Of a DNA stretch of 36,339 nt, positions 22,480 to 33,686 are shown one piece after another. Every line of letters starts with the position of its first letter. The first letter of the stretch is position 1. A model generated the notes under the pieces. That model saw nothing but the letters and a program-made list of their open reading frames with translations, was not told where the DNA came from and searched no databases. Where the stretch lies: positions 1,950,545-1,986,883 of the forward strand of contig WELB01000001.1 in the NCBI GenBank assembly GCA_009602725.1, written 5' to 3'. This DNA is from Spirogloea muscicola (lineage: Eukaryota). The translations under genes and the position numbers were made by a program.

Positions 22480-24790
22480 TTATGGCGTTAAGAAGTAGGT
22501 TATTCTTCTGCCACATCTGCCTGCAGCCGTGGCGCGTGCCACATGCAGGATGGCAGCCCCTCCCACGGTGCAATTACTAACCCTTGCAAGGCTTGAAGGT
22601 GGAGGAGTTGCCGACGCAGCATGGTCAGTCGGCAGCGCTGGGCCGACTACAATACCTCGTGCAAAACCAGCTGGCCGCCAGGTGAGAATCCAGCACCTCT
22701 TTAGTGTGGCCACCCTGGCAAGCTCTATCACGGTCTGTGCAGGCCATCCCCTTTAGCACCTGCTGATGAGGTGATGAGGTAGGTGCTGCAGAGATTGTCT
22801 CTAGGGTCCCTCTCACCAGCTCTCGCCCTCGCTTGCATTGTGCCATCCCATGCCCACCTTGCTGTCCTTCTAAAACGCCGATATGGAGATTGTCAGTCCA
22901 AGGTGGAGAATTTCACCGGGTGTCATCCTTCACAGAGCGCACAGCAAGCAAGCAGTAGGCTAAGCTACTGCTTGTTACTATTGTTGAGGAGGTCAGGCAG
23001 GCTTCCCAAGGGTAGGAGTAGTTCAGGTGCAGTACTTTAAGTAGGTGTGCAGCTCATTGCTGGGGACAACGCCCCAAGCAGTGTCTGCCAGGCACTGCGC
23101 AGGCCATGCAGCAGGTAGTGTGTGAAGGATGGCCTGGGTGACTACATGAATAGGCAAGCATATTGATAGAATCACATCACCCGCTGCTAAGCTGACCCGC
23201 TCAGTAACCACGAGGCAGCACGTAGAGGATGCTAAATTTATGTCAGAATACGGACCGCAGACAAGGCCTTCTGCGCCAGCTGAAGCTCGACCAGCTTTTT
23301 CTTGCAAAGCATGAGCCTGAGCTGGCTGCAAATAGGCTGAAACACATCGTCGTAAAGATGACTAATATATTGCCCATCTCGATTGGAAGCACATCTTCAC
23401 GCCGTGCATACCCCAGACTGGCGGTGTTCTCAATTGGGGTTCTTCTCAGGTAGCGTAGTAGCCAGTCAGCTTGCGTCTTATACTAGGGCATCGCTGGGGT
23501 GCTCCCCAGCCTTTGAAGAGGTACTACTGTGCCTTGGCCTTGTGAGGTGCACCCTTTGGCAGCAGCACATTGTGCACGCCCCAAAGGCATCTGACACCCA
23601 CATGCACGGTGACGGTGCGCAACGCTGAGGCCATCAACTATGGCATTCAGGCCACCTTGATGTCCAATTAGACTGGGAGGCCCTGGCAATTGCCGTACAA
23701 AATGCATCAAGCCTATGCAGCGAGCAGCCCTTGCTGAGGAGCTGCTTGATACCTTTCTGTTCCTCTTGCCCTTCTGCTTTTGCTATTGTAGGCCTCGAGC
23801 TGCCCTGGAGGCAGGGCCTCAGGTGACCGTCTTGCACTGCCTCGGGATGCTTTCAGAGGACTCGCTTGCCGGATAACCTGGCGCAGACACAACTTCGCAC
23901 TTGAAGGCTACTGTCGCTGCCCATTCTGGGGTTATGCTAGCCCACCTTGCGCTGACAACATCACATGGTTAAGATCCACACGACGTTGTCGCAGCTCTCA
24001 GCACTGTGGCGGCAGCTGGCTGCTCTTCAGCTGTCCTTGGTGGAAAGTGCTCTGCGACGGTCACCACGATAGGCCTAGCATTGGCCCTGCCTTGCCACGA
24101 GGATGCCAGACTCCCTGAGGGCCCAACACCTTGGGTTGTTTTTGGCACACCAGTTTGCAGGTGCAGCTGCAGGATCACATCAAGCATATGGCGTATCGCC
24201 TTGCCCTGGAGGACATGCACTTTTGCCCTTGCCTTACTCACCAAAGGCGTTGCGCAGTGCTCGCAGGACCTGGTCCATGCACGCACGCAGCCTGGAGCAG
24301 GCAGTGGCTGGTGTGGCGATGGGCTCCCATGCTTCCCAGGCTGCCCTGCACAATTTCCACTCCTAACTGCTGCTGGCTCACTGACATCTGGAGTCGCTTC
24401 TGCCCTAAAAGCTGACACCTGCGACCCATAAAACCATATTGGCGCATGCTGGAGGTGGAGAAGGTGCCTTCCAGTAACCACCGGATTTATTGCCAGCAGC
24501 AGATCTGCCCAATGGAGCGTACAGTGTCAGCGTCCTTCCTCAGAGCGTCTGCTTGGCTCATGGTGCTTTCTTTGGTGTGATGTACTGTGTGGCGTGTGCC
24601 TCATTGCGGAGATGCAATGCGAGTGCGTCGCTTACCTGGATGTCATGCTTAAGCTCGCAGCTCACATGCTGCAGTGTGTACATGGCGGAGATTGGACGGC
24701 TAGCACCACCTCCTCTTGAAGTTCAGAGGACTTGGGTGCAAGATGACAAGTCCAGGGTCTTCCAGAGGCCGTAAATCGGATGACCACGGG
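22480..24790 (+). mobile_element. Decayed CRE/R2-type (restriction-like endonuclease clade) non-LTR retrotransposon ORF
   Basis: Stop- and frameshift-ridden motifs in the expected order: VILLPH (~22500), GKL...PLAPADE...LQRL (~22725-22800), NRL...ILPISIG (~23330-23390), LKATVAAH + CADNI for YADDI (~23900-23965), KC..VFGTPV (~24045-24155), LAHAGGGEGAF (~24440), HMLQCVHGG zinc knuckle (~24665) and RP*I (~24768). May extend 5' to about 21300. Confidence 0.6.
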
Positions 24791-25089
24791 GAATTCCTCC
24801 ATCATGATCTGATGAGGTCTAGTATGATACACATGCGCCTCACCAATCTCGCCAGACTAACACCTCGTTGACGCCCGAAACCAATACTGAAGCTCTTGAC
24901 AACAGTGGTGACGCCAGTTCAGCTGTCAAGGCTGGCTACGGAGTGGAGCAAGACGCGCAGGCGAAGGCGACCAAGCACGCCAAGCACCCTTGTAACTTTC
25001 TCAGTCTCTTAGTGGTGTCCATGGGGCCTTTGCTACCAGTTACCGTATGACTCGCAGCAAAATTTGACACTACGCAGGGAGGGCAAGGT

Positions 25090-26530
25090 GACGGGTGCAA
25101 AGCGGGGATCGACCAGGCTCTGTGTAAGAGCTTGTTTACCTAGTTGCACCACGTGCGCTTGTATGTCGCACCATAGCAAGACAGGCATCTGAGTTGCATA
25201 GCATGCGGGCCCTCTCCATGTCAGTTTGGTAGTCTGCTCTCTCATTGCTGTGTTCAAGTGCTTGCTCCCTGTGAAGATTGATTTCTCCGCAGAAACTGCT
25301 AATCTTGGAGGTACAGCATCCTTTATGGTTGGCACTTCTACATTTTGAACGCTCCTGGCTATATACTAGCTTGCTATCCAAAGATGCTGCCAAATCTAGA
25401 AGCCATACATTGTGCCGGCCTCCGCTGCTGGCGCTGTCCTGCTCAATTTTTTGCACCTTCTTTTCGGGCTGACCAATCATAGCCATTGCCGCCTTTGGAG
25501 AAGCTCATTTCTTTGGCTTTCACCTCATCGGGCTGGCCATTCACAGCTACACTACTTCCGGAGGAGCTCCCAATGTTGATGTCCTGCTATACTGCAGCGC
25601 TTTTGACAAGCCACCACCTTGCACCTACCTGCTGTGACAACAACTGGCAACAGCCTCTCATTCTGACTAGATGGCCTTGCCTAAGATGACATTCTCCCTA
25701 TGCTAAGCCATGTTAGATTGTCCAATATTTCTAAGCTTGGCCTTTTTGGAGACTGCGCTTCCTGATTTTGCTGCAGCATAGATCATATTTCGTTCTGAAT
25801 ATGAAAACATCAAGAATTACGCAAAGCACGCATCTCCAAGGCCTGCAAGGCAGGGACATGAGAGACCTCAATACTGTGGTATGTGCACCTTCATGATGTT
25901 GCACAAGCACCTCCATGTATGGTGTGACCAGAACGTTGATTGTCACTGTCTCAGGAGTTGATCTGGTCTGTGTTAAGCCAGTGTCATTCTGCTGCTTGGG
26001 AGACTTGGTAAGAGCTGGCCTTCGTTGTTTGGGCAGATAATTGCTATTCCAATGGTTGTGTTGTGCAGCAACCAAATTTAGAGATGAATAGTTCTCAAAG
26101 ATCGTCCCTAGCAAGGTCTCTGGAGTAGGTTAGAAGCCAGCCACTGCTGAGCATAAGGCTTGCAACATTGCGGCACAGTAGATTTTGAGTCCTACCTGCG
26201 CATAATACTCTGGAATGCCTGCAGAGAGCAGTCTGCAGCCAGTTTTGATTATTTGAGGCTGCGATAGTGCAGCTAATGGCTGCATTGTACTACACATTGC
26301 CTGTCGCCTAGCGTCCATATTCATGGCTAGATGACAGGAGTAACCGGAGGTGAAGTTGAAGATGGCACTGAAATGGTGCACAAGGAGGCCACCAATGATA
26401 CATATTCAGATTAGCGACAGCTCCAGGATTTCAGCAGGGCGTCTCCTCGCCTTCACTTTGCCCAGCTTGTTCCAACTTGCAGTTGCTGTCGAGGCACTAC
26501 CAAGCTCACCATTGGCCGGTGCCAGCATTA
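25090..26530 (-). mobile_element. Decayed Ty1/copia gag-pol fragment (gag, zinc knuckle, protease, GAG-pre-integrase)
   Basis: Minus-strand remnants in copia order: SWNKL (~26470), LLSAGIPEYY (~26220), ECHLRQGHLVR (degenerate knuckle, ~25680), VWLLDLAAS for WxLDSGAS (~25400) and LLWCDIQAHV for LWHxRxxH (~25165). No RT/RNase H or LTR seen. Confidence 0.45.
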
Positions 26531-29500
26531 TGAGTTAGGGTTCCCCCTGGACCTTAATCATATTATCTTGAGCTAGCCTTCCCCAGCCCCCGCTCGTTTT
26601 CACCAGACTTCTCACATAGCCATCCTCCGTAGCACCACTCTTAACACCAAATTTTGCCTAATCAGGGTATTGGCTTGATCTGGCCTCCCGTATTTTCCAC
26701 TCGCTCCACGCGCCTTCTTCACAGGAGCTGCTGTCCACCCTCGACCTCCAGTCCGCCTGAATCCCTCTCGCGGGAGCCCGCTGGAGCCCGGAGAGTGTCC
26801 AGTGGCATTGTACAGGACGGTTGCTTGATGGTGCACTTACCTGAACTTTTGGGCAAACGCTCTGCAAGAGCGACACTTTCGTCACGTCAGACGAAGTACG
26901 ACAACGGACACATGTCCTCGCCTGTAGCCGGCCTCGTGCGGTACCTCCTGCGCCACCCGCTGACTGCAAAGGGCGACAACTGCCGTCAATAAGTTTCAAT
27001 CCGCAGCCGTCCGTGTCTGCTTAAAACAAACCGGGCACTGTCATCGTCTTACATGGGGGACCTTTCCTCTCTTCCTGCTATAGAATCGTTGCCTGCTATG
27101 AAATGCGGCTATCAGTGAGTCTACAGCGCTCTCAGGCACTCGCGATACACCAGCGTGCTGGGCGTGCATTAGGCCAGGCTAATGGCTCCTCAGCTTAGCT
27201 TGTCCGATGTGTATGTGCTCACTCGAAAATATTTAGTGCCCCCCTTAGCCAACTCATTACCCCGTGACCAGGACATTTTGTAAGGCTAGAATTGGCCTCC
27301 CTTTCAATTGCATGCGCACCGCGCGCCTTCTCTTTGTCTTCCTCCTTTACATGGGAGGAGCTTTCCTTCCTCGGGGGCACTTCAGGGCGATGCCTAACGG
27401 TGGAAGGCACCGACACACATTCATCCCTTGGGCTGACAGCACAGCGAGGACATCTACTCAATAGTGGTGAGGGTACTGCAGCCTCGACCCGACCTGGCTT
27501 TTCCTCAAGCTTTTGCTTGAAGTGGGTCTTCGACTGGTGACTTGAGTACATGGTAATAAACTGGAAGCAGCCTCTCAGCCGCCTTTTCGAAGCTCACTTC
27601 TTATTAAAGAGCGTGTCAGCCGTGCCTCTTATCGTCTCTACTTCACTTTCTTGTCGTCATCTGTGCTTTGTTTCTGCAGATCTTCGGCAATTTCAAGTCG
27701 CCTAACAAGGAAGGTAAATCCAATCGCCCTACACGTGTAAGGAAGTGTTTCCGTGTCCGCTTCACTGCCTTGTGAGTCCGGTGGCGTAGGTTGGTGCAAT
27801 AGTTACATACGTCGGCCCCAAATGAAGCAGCTCCAAAGCAGATAGTGCACATGCTCGACCACCTCCAAGAACTCAGAAAATAGGTAGTGGCAGACCAACA
27901 AGACTAGCAGTGATCACTGCCAGGAAGGCGGAAAATACTGCTCATGCGAAGTATGATTGAAACCTCAGTGCCATGGGTGGAGGCTATGTACTAGCAGGCA
28001 TTTGACCAGTCCTCCCATCGATTGGTTCGGAGATGCGCAGATCATCTGGCTATTGTTGGAGTTGTAACACTGATTCCTTTCTCTGCACAGGCAGTTGGCC
28101 TTATAGAGAAGAGACACGAGCAACATCAGCCCCATGTAAGGGTATCTCCTTCACGACAGGGCGGAAAGACCTCTTCGCAGGTGCTTGCAAGTGGGCAACC
28201 ACACAATTAAAGCATACCTCCAAGGGGGCCAAGGTAGCACTTGGCCTACCCAAAAGCTATGTTGGGTTGAGATTCTAGGCCGCCATCTTTGAGGGGTTTA
28301 AGAGAGTGTGAGGGGGGGGAGAAGCAGAAGGAGCAGAAGCAGGCCATCGCAACCACGCAAGTCCTGCTGTGCTCAGCAGACTGTCTCAGCAGGTTGAATG
28401 CAAAAGGCGAAGGAAGAAGCCTCCGCGAAGCGTAAGGCAGCAGTAGCGGGGGTACAAGGAATGAGCTTGCGTTTACCAAAGGAAAACGGACACATTCACA
28501 TGGTGAGGCTGAGCTGGTGGGCTGTGCACGAGTGCATGTGACCGGTCACTTTGTTCACTGCAGAGCATGGTGCCTCGTCGGCGGCTATGCAGCAAAGGAG
28601 GAAATTAGCATCTACAGCAACTGCTAATTGGAGGATGCTCTCTGCAACAATCCGATATGCCATCCAAGGGTGGCAGCAGGTCCTTTGGCACCGTTCTTCT
28701 GTTGGATGCGATAGTAAGCTCGTCACAGGTGAGGCGGGTCTTGAAAATGGGCGGAGATTCTGAGACCGACCAAAGACAGCTCATATTCTGGGCGAAAGAA
28801 CGTAGCAAGATGATCCGCAAGAAGTGGGCTCCCACAAGAGCCGTGGTCGTGATGAGCCAGACGGGGAAAAATTTACTGAGAGTTGGGCAAGTCCGTCGGT
28901 CAGCAAAGAGGTCAGCAAAGAGGGCAAACTGCTGTGAGCAGCCAGCCCCGAGAAACAAAAGCATACGCGGCTAGTAGGGAGGAGTCTTGAAGCTGGAGCA
29001 TCCTCGTACAAATAAGTGCGGCTTTGTTCATTTCTTTTTCGGCTGTCTCACAGCCATCGCTGTGCTTTGGAAGTGCCAAATCCTTCTTCCGGGCTGGCCA
29101 ATGACAGCCACTGCATCCCTCCTGTATTCGCCGTCCTATCTGAGCAGGCGAGCTGGATGTGCCCAGTACGGTTGCCCCCGTACACTGCAAGTGATGTCAT
29201 GTCTTGGAAACGGTCAAGGCCATCAGGTGCGCCTTGATTTTACTGGGCAGATTGTCCACCAGCTGCTGCCCCGCGCTTGCGCCGCGTGGAGCCTGCACCC
29301 TGCACCAGCCTGTCTGACCTCTCGCTGTAGTCTGGCGGCCACGGGCTGGCGTAGTCGCCTTCATCGTCGCTGCCTCCCTTGGTTCGCGCCCTCTCGCTTG
29401 CTGGCGCCGCCTGCCCCGTAGTGCTGCACTTTCGGACAAGCACGCCTTTCAGAGCCATCGATTGGCCCCATTTGCTAGGAGTTCCCCCCCACCTAGGTGG

Positions 29501-29722
29501 GAGATGCAGTGCATATTGAATGATGGAGGGCCTGAGTCCGCAAAGGCAAGCACATTGACGGATGTACATCACCTCTACTAAGCTGACCCGCTCAGTAATC
29601 TCGAGTCAGCATATGGGAGGTCGCTACATTGATGCCGGGATTCAAAACAGCAGCTTTTGAAACTGATGGGTTTTGAGAGGGAGCTTCGGACACCGGGGAC
29701 CCACTTCAACGAACCTAGCATC

Positions 29723-29879
29723 TCCGACCTGCGGCTGCTTAGCAGAGGTTACTGAGTGAGTCGTAGCTGCTTTGTTTCTGTTTCTTAGCGCTTCCCCTGG
29801 CCCCCTTCTCGTACTCTATTCATTCTTTTTCGGGCTGGCTTTTCCAGCCCCCTATTCTCAATGGGCGAGCACTTTCTTC
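29723..29879 (+). repeat. Dispersed repeat cassette B, copy 2
   Basis: Aligns end to end with 6101-6270 and lies immediately upstream of the GC-rich bZIP promoter/leader. Confidence 0.9.
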
Positions 29880-29965
29880 GGAGGTAGATGGACCGAGGGC
29901 CCCCGGACACCCGAACGCGCGAGGGTGTCCCCGAGACTACCGGACCTGCCGGCGGGCCCGGCCTT

Positions 29966-30191
29966 CACGTGCGGCTCCGGGCGGTGTCGGGCTGGGGCCA
30001 CGCCTCCCTGCCATTAATGCGCGTCGCCGTGGCGACCGCACGACGCGCCCGGGCGCGTGGTGAGGCGCACGTGCTTTGGAGCGGGCTCTCCCGCGTGCCG
30101 ATAGCCGTACGGCCTGACCTTGTCGGGACCTCCCGCCCAAGCACGCACCGTACACGTGGCGTCGGAGAGCGCGCCACGCGGCAGGCACGTG
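29966..30191. promoter_or_regulatory. Cluster of four G-boxes (CACGTG), one in ABRE context, upstream of the bZIP gene
   Basis: CACGTG at 29966, 30068, 30153 (TACACGTGGC) and 30186. Confidence 0.55.
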
Positions 30192-30584
30192 GGCCCCGAC
30201 CCGCCGGCACCCCGGGCCTGCCGGGGTTTCTCCCCGGCCCGCCCCCCCAACCCTCGATGGGCGAGCCCTTCTTCCCCCAACCCCGGAGTCGCGCCCCCTC
30301 CAGCTGCTCCTCCCCAGAGATGGACGCTTCCAGGAGAGGGGGGTGGCTGTGGGAGGCCAGCCCAGACCAAGTGAAGAACCCCAGGCGCTCCCGAGAGGAG
30401 CGCCTGGCTTTGTGCACTGGCTGGCTGTTACGGCCATCACAGCTAGCGTACCTCTACTGGAAGAGCTTGTGTCTCCCCTTGCAGCCGCTCTTGTCATATC
30501 AGCAGCCGCACTTTCTCCAATAACCCGGCCTCGTTCCGCGCTAGCCGCCGCGAGGCCCCCTCCAAACCCGCCGCCGCGCCCGCC

Positions 30585-33032
30585 ATGGAGTTGCTGCTGC
30601 CCCGCCCGCGCAGGCCCCCGCCGCCGCCGCCGCTCCCGCAGGAGCTGCCGCGGCACCTCTACAACTACCAGCAGCCCCAGCGCCTCCCCCAGCAGCTGCA
30701 CCTGCAGCGCCAGCTCCTTGGCCTCGAGGCCCTCCTGCGTACGGCCGCCGCCGGCGAACAGGGCTTGGAGGCAGCGCTCTGCCCCGGCTCCCTGCGCCCG
30801 GACACGCCCGGCACGGCCCGCTCCAACGTCTGCCCGGACCGACACTGGCAAGCGCTCGACGAACGACCGCTGCCCGCTGTTTGCAGCGAACGTGGGCTGC
30901 GAGTGCCTGCCGGTCGAGCTGACCGGACAGCTGCTGGCCGACGTGCGGAGGCCCACATGCTGACACTCAATGCCACATGACTCTGCTCTGTAGGGATGTG
31001 GTCGAGCATGGCGGCCAAGACAACGCGCTCGCTGCTCAGCGCCTGCAAATGCGGATGCTCTCGAGATGTCCGCCTACTCCCTTGCCATATGCTCCTTCAC
31101 AATGCACGTCGGCCAAATACCACCAGGACGAGGCCAACAATGTCAGCAGCAGCATTGGTGGCGCAAATGTACAAGACAAGCAAGATGGATGGTGTCAAGA
31201 CCTCATTGGCAGCGTGGTGGAGCAGCCGAGGCTGGCTGACCCTCTCACTTTCCCGCCTTTCTCGGCTGGCGGCGTCCATTTTGACTACGAGTCCGCCCAG
31301 CCAGATCCCTTGCAGTCGTGTGCGCTAATAGCTGCCGCCATGTCGCCACTGCAGGTGCGCAAGCCACCAGCAGTCGGCTCTCCCTCACTTGTGTTCCGCG
31401 CCCCCCTTTCCTTGCACTTGTTCGCCCTCCAGCTCGCCTCACCACCACTTGTCTGTCGAGCAGGAGGTCCTAGGGGCAGCCTGCGCCAGGCGACCACCCT
31501 CCAAGAACGGCGAGTACTGCCAGCCCGACTGGTACTCAGCTTGTTCTACGGCGAGCAACGTCAACAACTGGATGCGGGATGCCCTGCTCGCAAGCGCAGC
31601 TTCCCAGCAAGCTCATTCTGACGAAGCAGCATCGCAGCTCAACGCCAAGTACGTGGCAGCTGCCAGCTTGCCAGCTCTAAACTTACACACAGATGCTGTA
31701 GGAGCAGCCCGGCAGCCCTGCATGGCAGACTATCTGGCCTGGCATACACCTGCTTCCCTTCACCCACTCTCATGGAGTACTCACTCAATGCAGCTGCCTC
31801 CGACCTGAAACGGAGCCCGCAACGCCGTCCAGCGTGACACACCTGCAGCCCAATCCCCCTGTTGAGGAGGCCGGCGGTGGCAGGGCCGGTGGCCACACAG
31901 AGAGCGATCACAGCGTCAATAGCTCCGCCGAGGAGGAGGACGTTGAGAAGGATCATGACTGCAAGGTGTCCAGGGCCGCAGGCTCCCCACCCGTCCTGCC
32001 AGACCGCAGGGCCCGGAGGCAAGTGGCATGCACCTGCTTCTTTGGTGCCCATCTCATCCAATGTCATGCAGCACGAGCAAGCTGAGGGCCAAAGCTGATA
32101 ATTCTGCAGGGATAGCAACCCATTGAAGCACAGACCCCCCCTAGCTTTGCTCACTTGCAAAAGACGTGCCTGGCTGACCATGAGCAGGATGCTGTCAAAC
32201 CGCGAGTCTGCGCGACGGAGCCGATTCAGACGGATGCAGCTACTTGCGACTCTTGAAAACGAGGTCAGTGCACCCACAACACTGCACACCGTGTTTTGTG
32301 TTCACAGTGGAGCCGGGGCCTATTTGCAGGCAATCTTGACATGTGCTGCTTCAAAGATAGAGCTCACCACTGCCATAGCTGTGGGCGGCGTGCCTGCGGC
32401 AGGTCAACCACTTGAGGAGAGAGGTGCAGGCGCTAGCCAGTAAAGCAGAGGAATCGCAGGCCCTGGCGGCCACGTACAAGGAGCTGGCAGCAAATTATGT
32501 TGTGGAGCTCCAGGTGCTCAAGGGCCTGCGCCCCTCAGGGGCTGTCCCTAACGAGGCGGCAGCTGTGGCCATCAGCCACGGCAAGCCGAGCACCTTGGCC
32601 ACCAGGTAAGCAGCAAACTTAGAGTCACCTTCAACTTCTATCAAAGACAACCTGTTTCGTGCTAACCATGCGCAGCTGCAAGTATGCGGTATTGCACACA
32701 GTGTATTAAAAACTGACGCCACATTGTGTTTGTTGACATGTGCCTGAAGGGTGAAGGCTGGAGGCCTGTCAAAGAAGACACCTACGCAGCACCCACAGCA
32801 GCAATTGACAGACAACGATAGACGGGTGCTGGAGGCACAGTGCCACAACGGGGAACATGTTGTGCATGGCTGCCCAAGCAGGAAACGTGAGGCACCAGAA
32901 ATTGGTCTCCCAGCAAGCACCCCTGTGACGAAGCGGCTTCATCACCAGTGCGTGTCTGTGGTCGTGAAGCAGGAGCCCTGGACATCGACAGGCAGGCATG
33001 CAGCCGAGGCCCCACTTACAGGACACGGGTAA
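30585..33032 (+). CDS. bZIP transcription factor, group C/S-type basic region, about 518 aa
   Basis: Exons 30585-30847 (donor inferred), 30994-31354, 31464-31648, 31833-32018, 32188-32263, 32403-32605 and 32750-33032. RRARR/MLSNRESARRSRFRRMQLLATLENE/VNHLRREVQAL fits N-x7-R-x9-L with heptad leucines. Intron positions flanking the basic region match group C bZIPs. Confidence 0.88.
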
Positions 33033-33686
33033 GGGATGCTGCCTGACGCTTGTTGTCATTAGAGTGGCATACCAAGTGTACACGTAAGCGGAGGTAGTTG
33101 TACAAGGGCAGCCTTTTCTAGTATTAGTTGCTCTGGAAGGAACAGAGCCTTCTGTTTTGTAAATATTATGGTCAAGCTTTAGCAGCTGCTGGTCAAGCTC
33201 TAGAAGTTGCCTTCGGCTTGGCAGGGTGCTTCTGCCCGCCCGTCTTGCTCATCCAGGTTTTCTTTGCTGCCGAAGGGGGGTACTGAGCAGCCCCTTCTAG
33301 CCTAAGCCGTTTCAGTGGGATGATAGCACCCCTTTGCCCACCTTTATATGAAAGTGGCTGGCCTTGACAGAAGCTCCTGGCTTAACAATTTGCCACTTCT
33401 TTAATTTAGCAAGTCAGAGTCAGCAGTGCTCACTTGGCCAAGGCCTCCCTGTCACACGTGTCCCGTTTCTGACTTGCAAATGATCGTACTCAGTGCAGCA
33501 TGATTTCGGCTCTAGTCTTGATCTTACCATCTCATCGTGCAATAGCACTAGTGTCTGACAAGGTCTAGTCGGGCACCTCCACGAGGGTAGCTACTGAGAA
33601 TGCGTCTCAAGAATCTCTTGTGAAGGAAGAAGAGAAAATGTAGGAGTGAGCCAGCATTCCATTATTTAATAGTCCCGAAGGAGCCC

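Noticed and set aside
23640..23680. Minus-strand '*LDIKVA' as an RT motif (QLDIK.AF) indicating an inversion
   Set aside because: A single short motif with stops on both sides and no supporting neighbouring motifs on that strand.
28496..29572. Several 70-140 aa ORFs on both strands
   Set aside because: No recognisable motifs or consistent exon chain, and they overlap non-coding dyad elements.
29888..30966. Long overlapping ORFs (211-339 aa) on both strands
   Set aside because: They reflect stop-codon scarcity in very GC-rich promoter/first-exon DNA, are low-complexity, and are antisense or out of frame to the bZIP exon.
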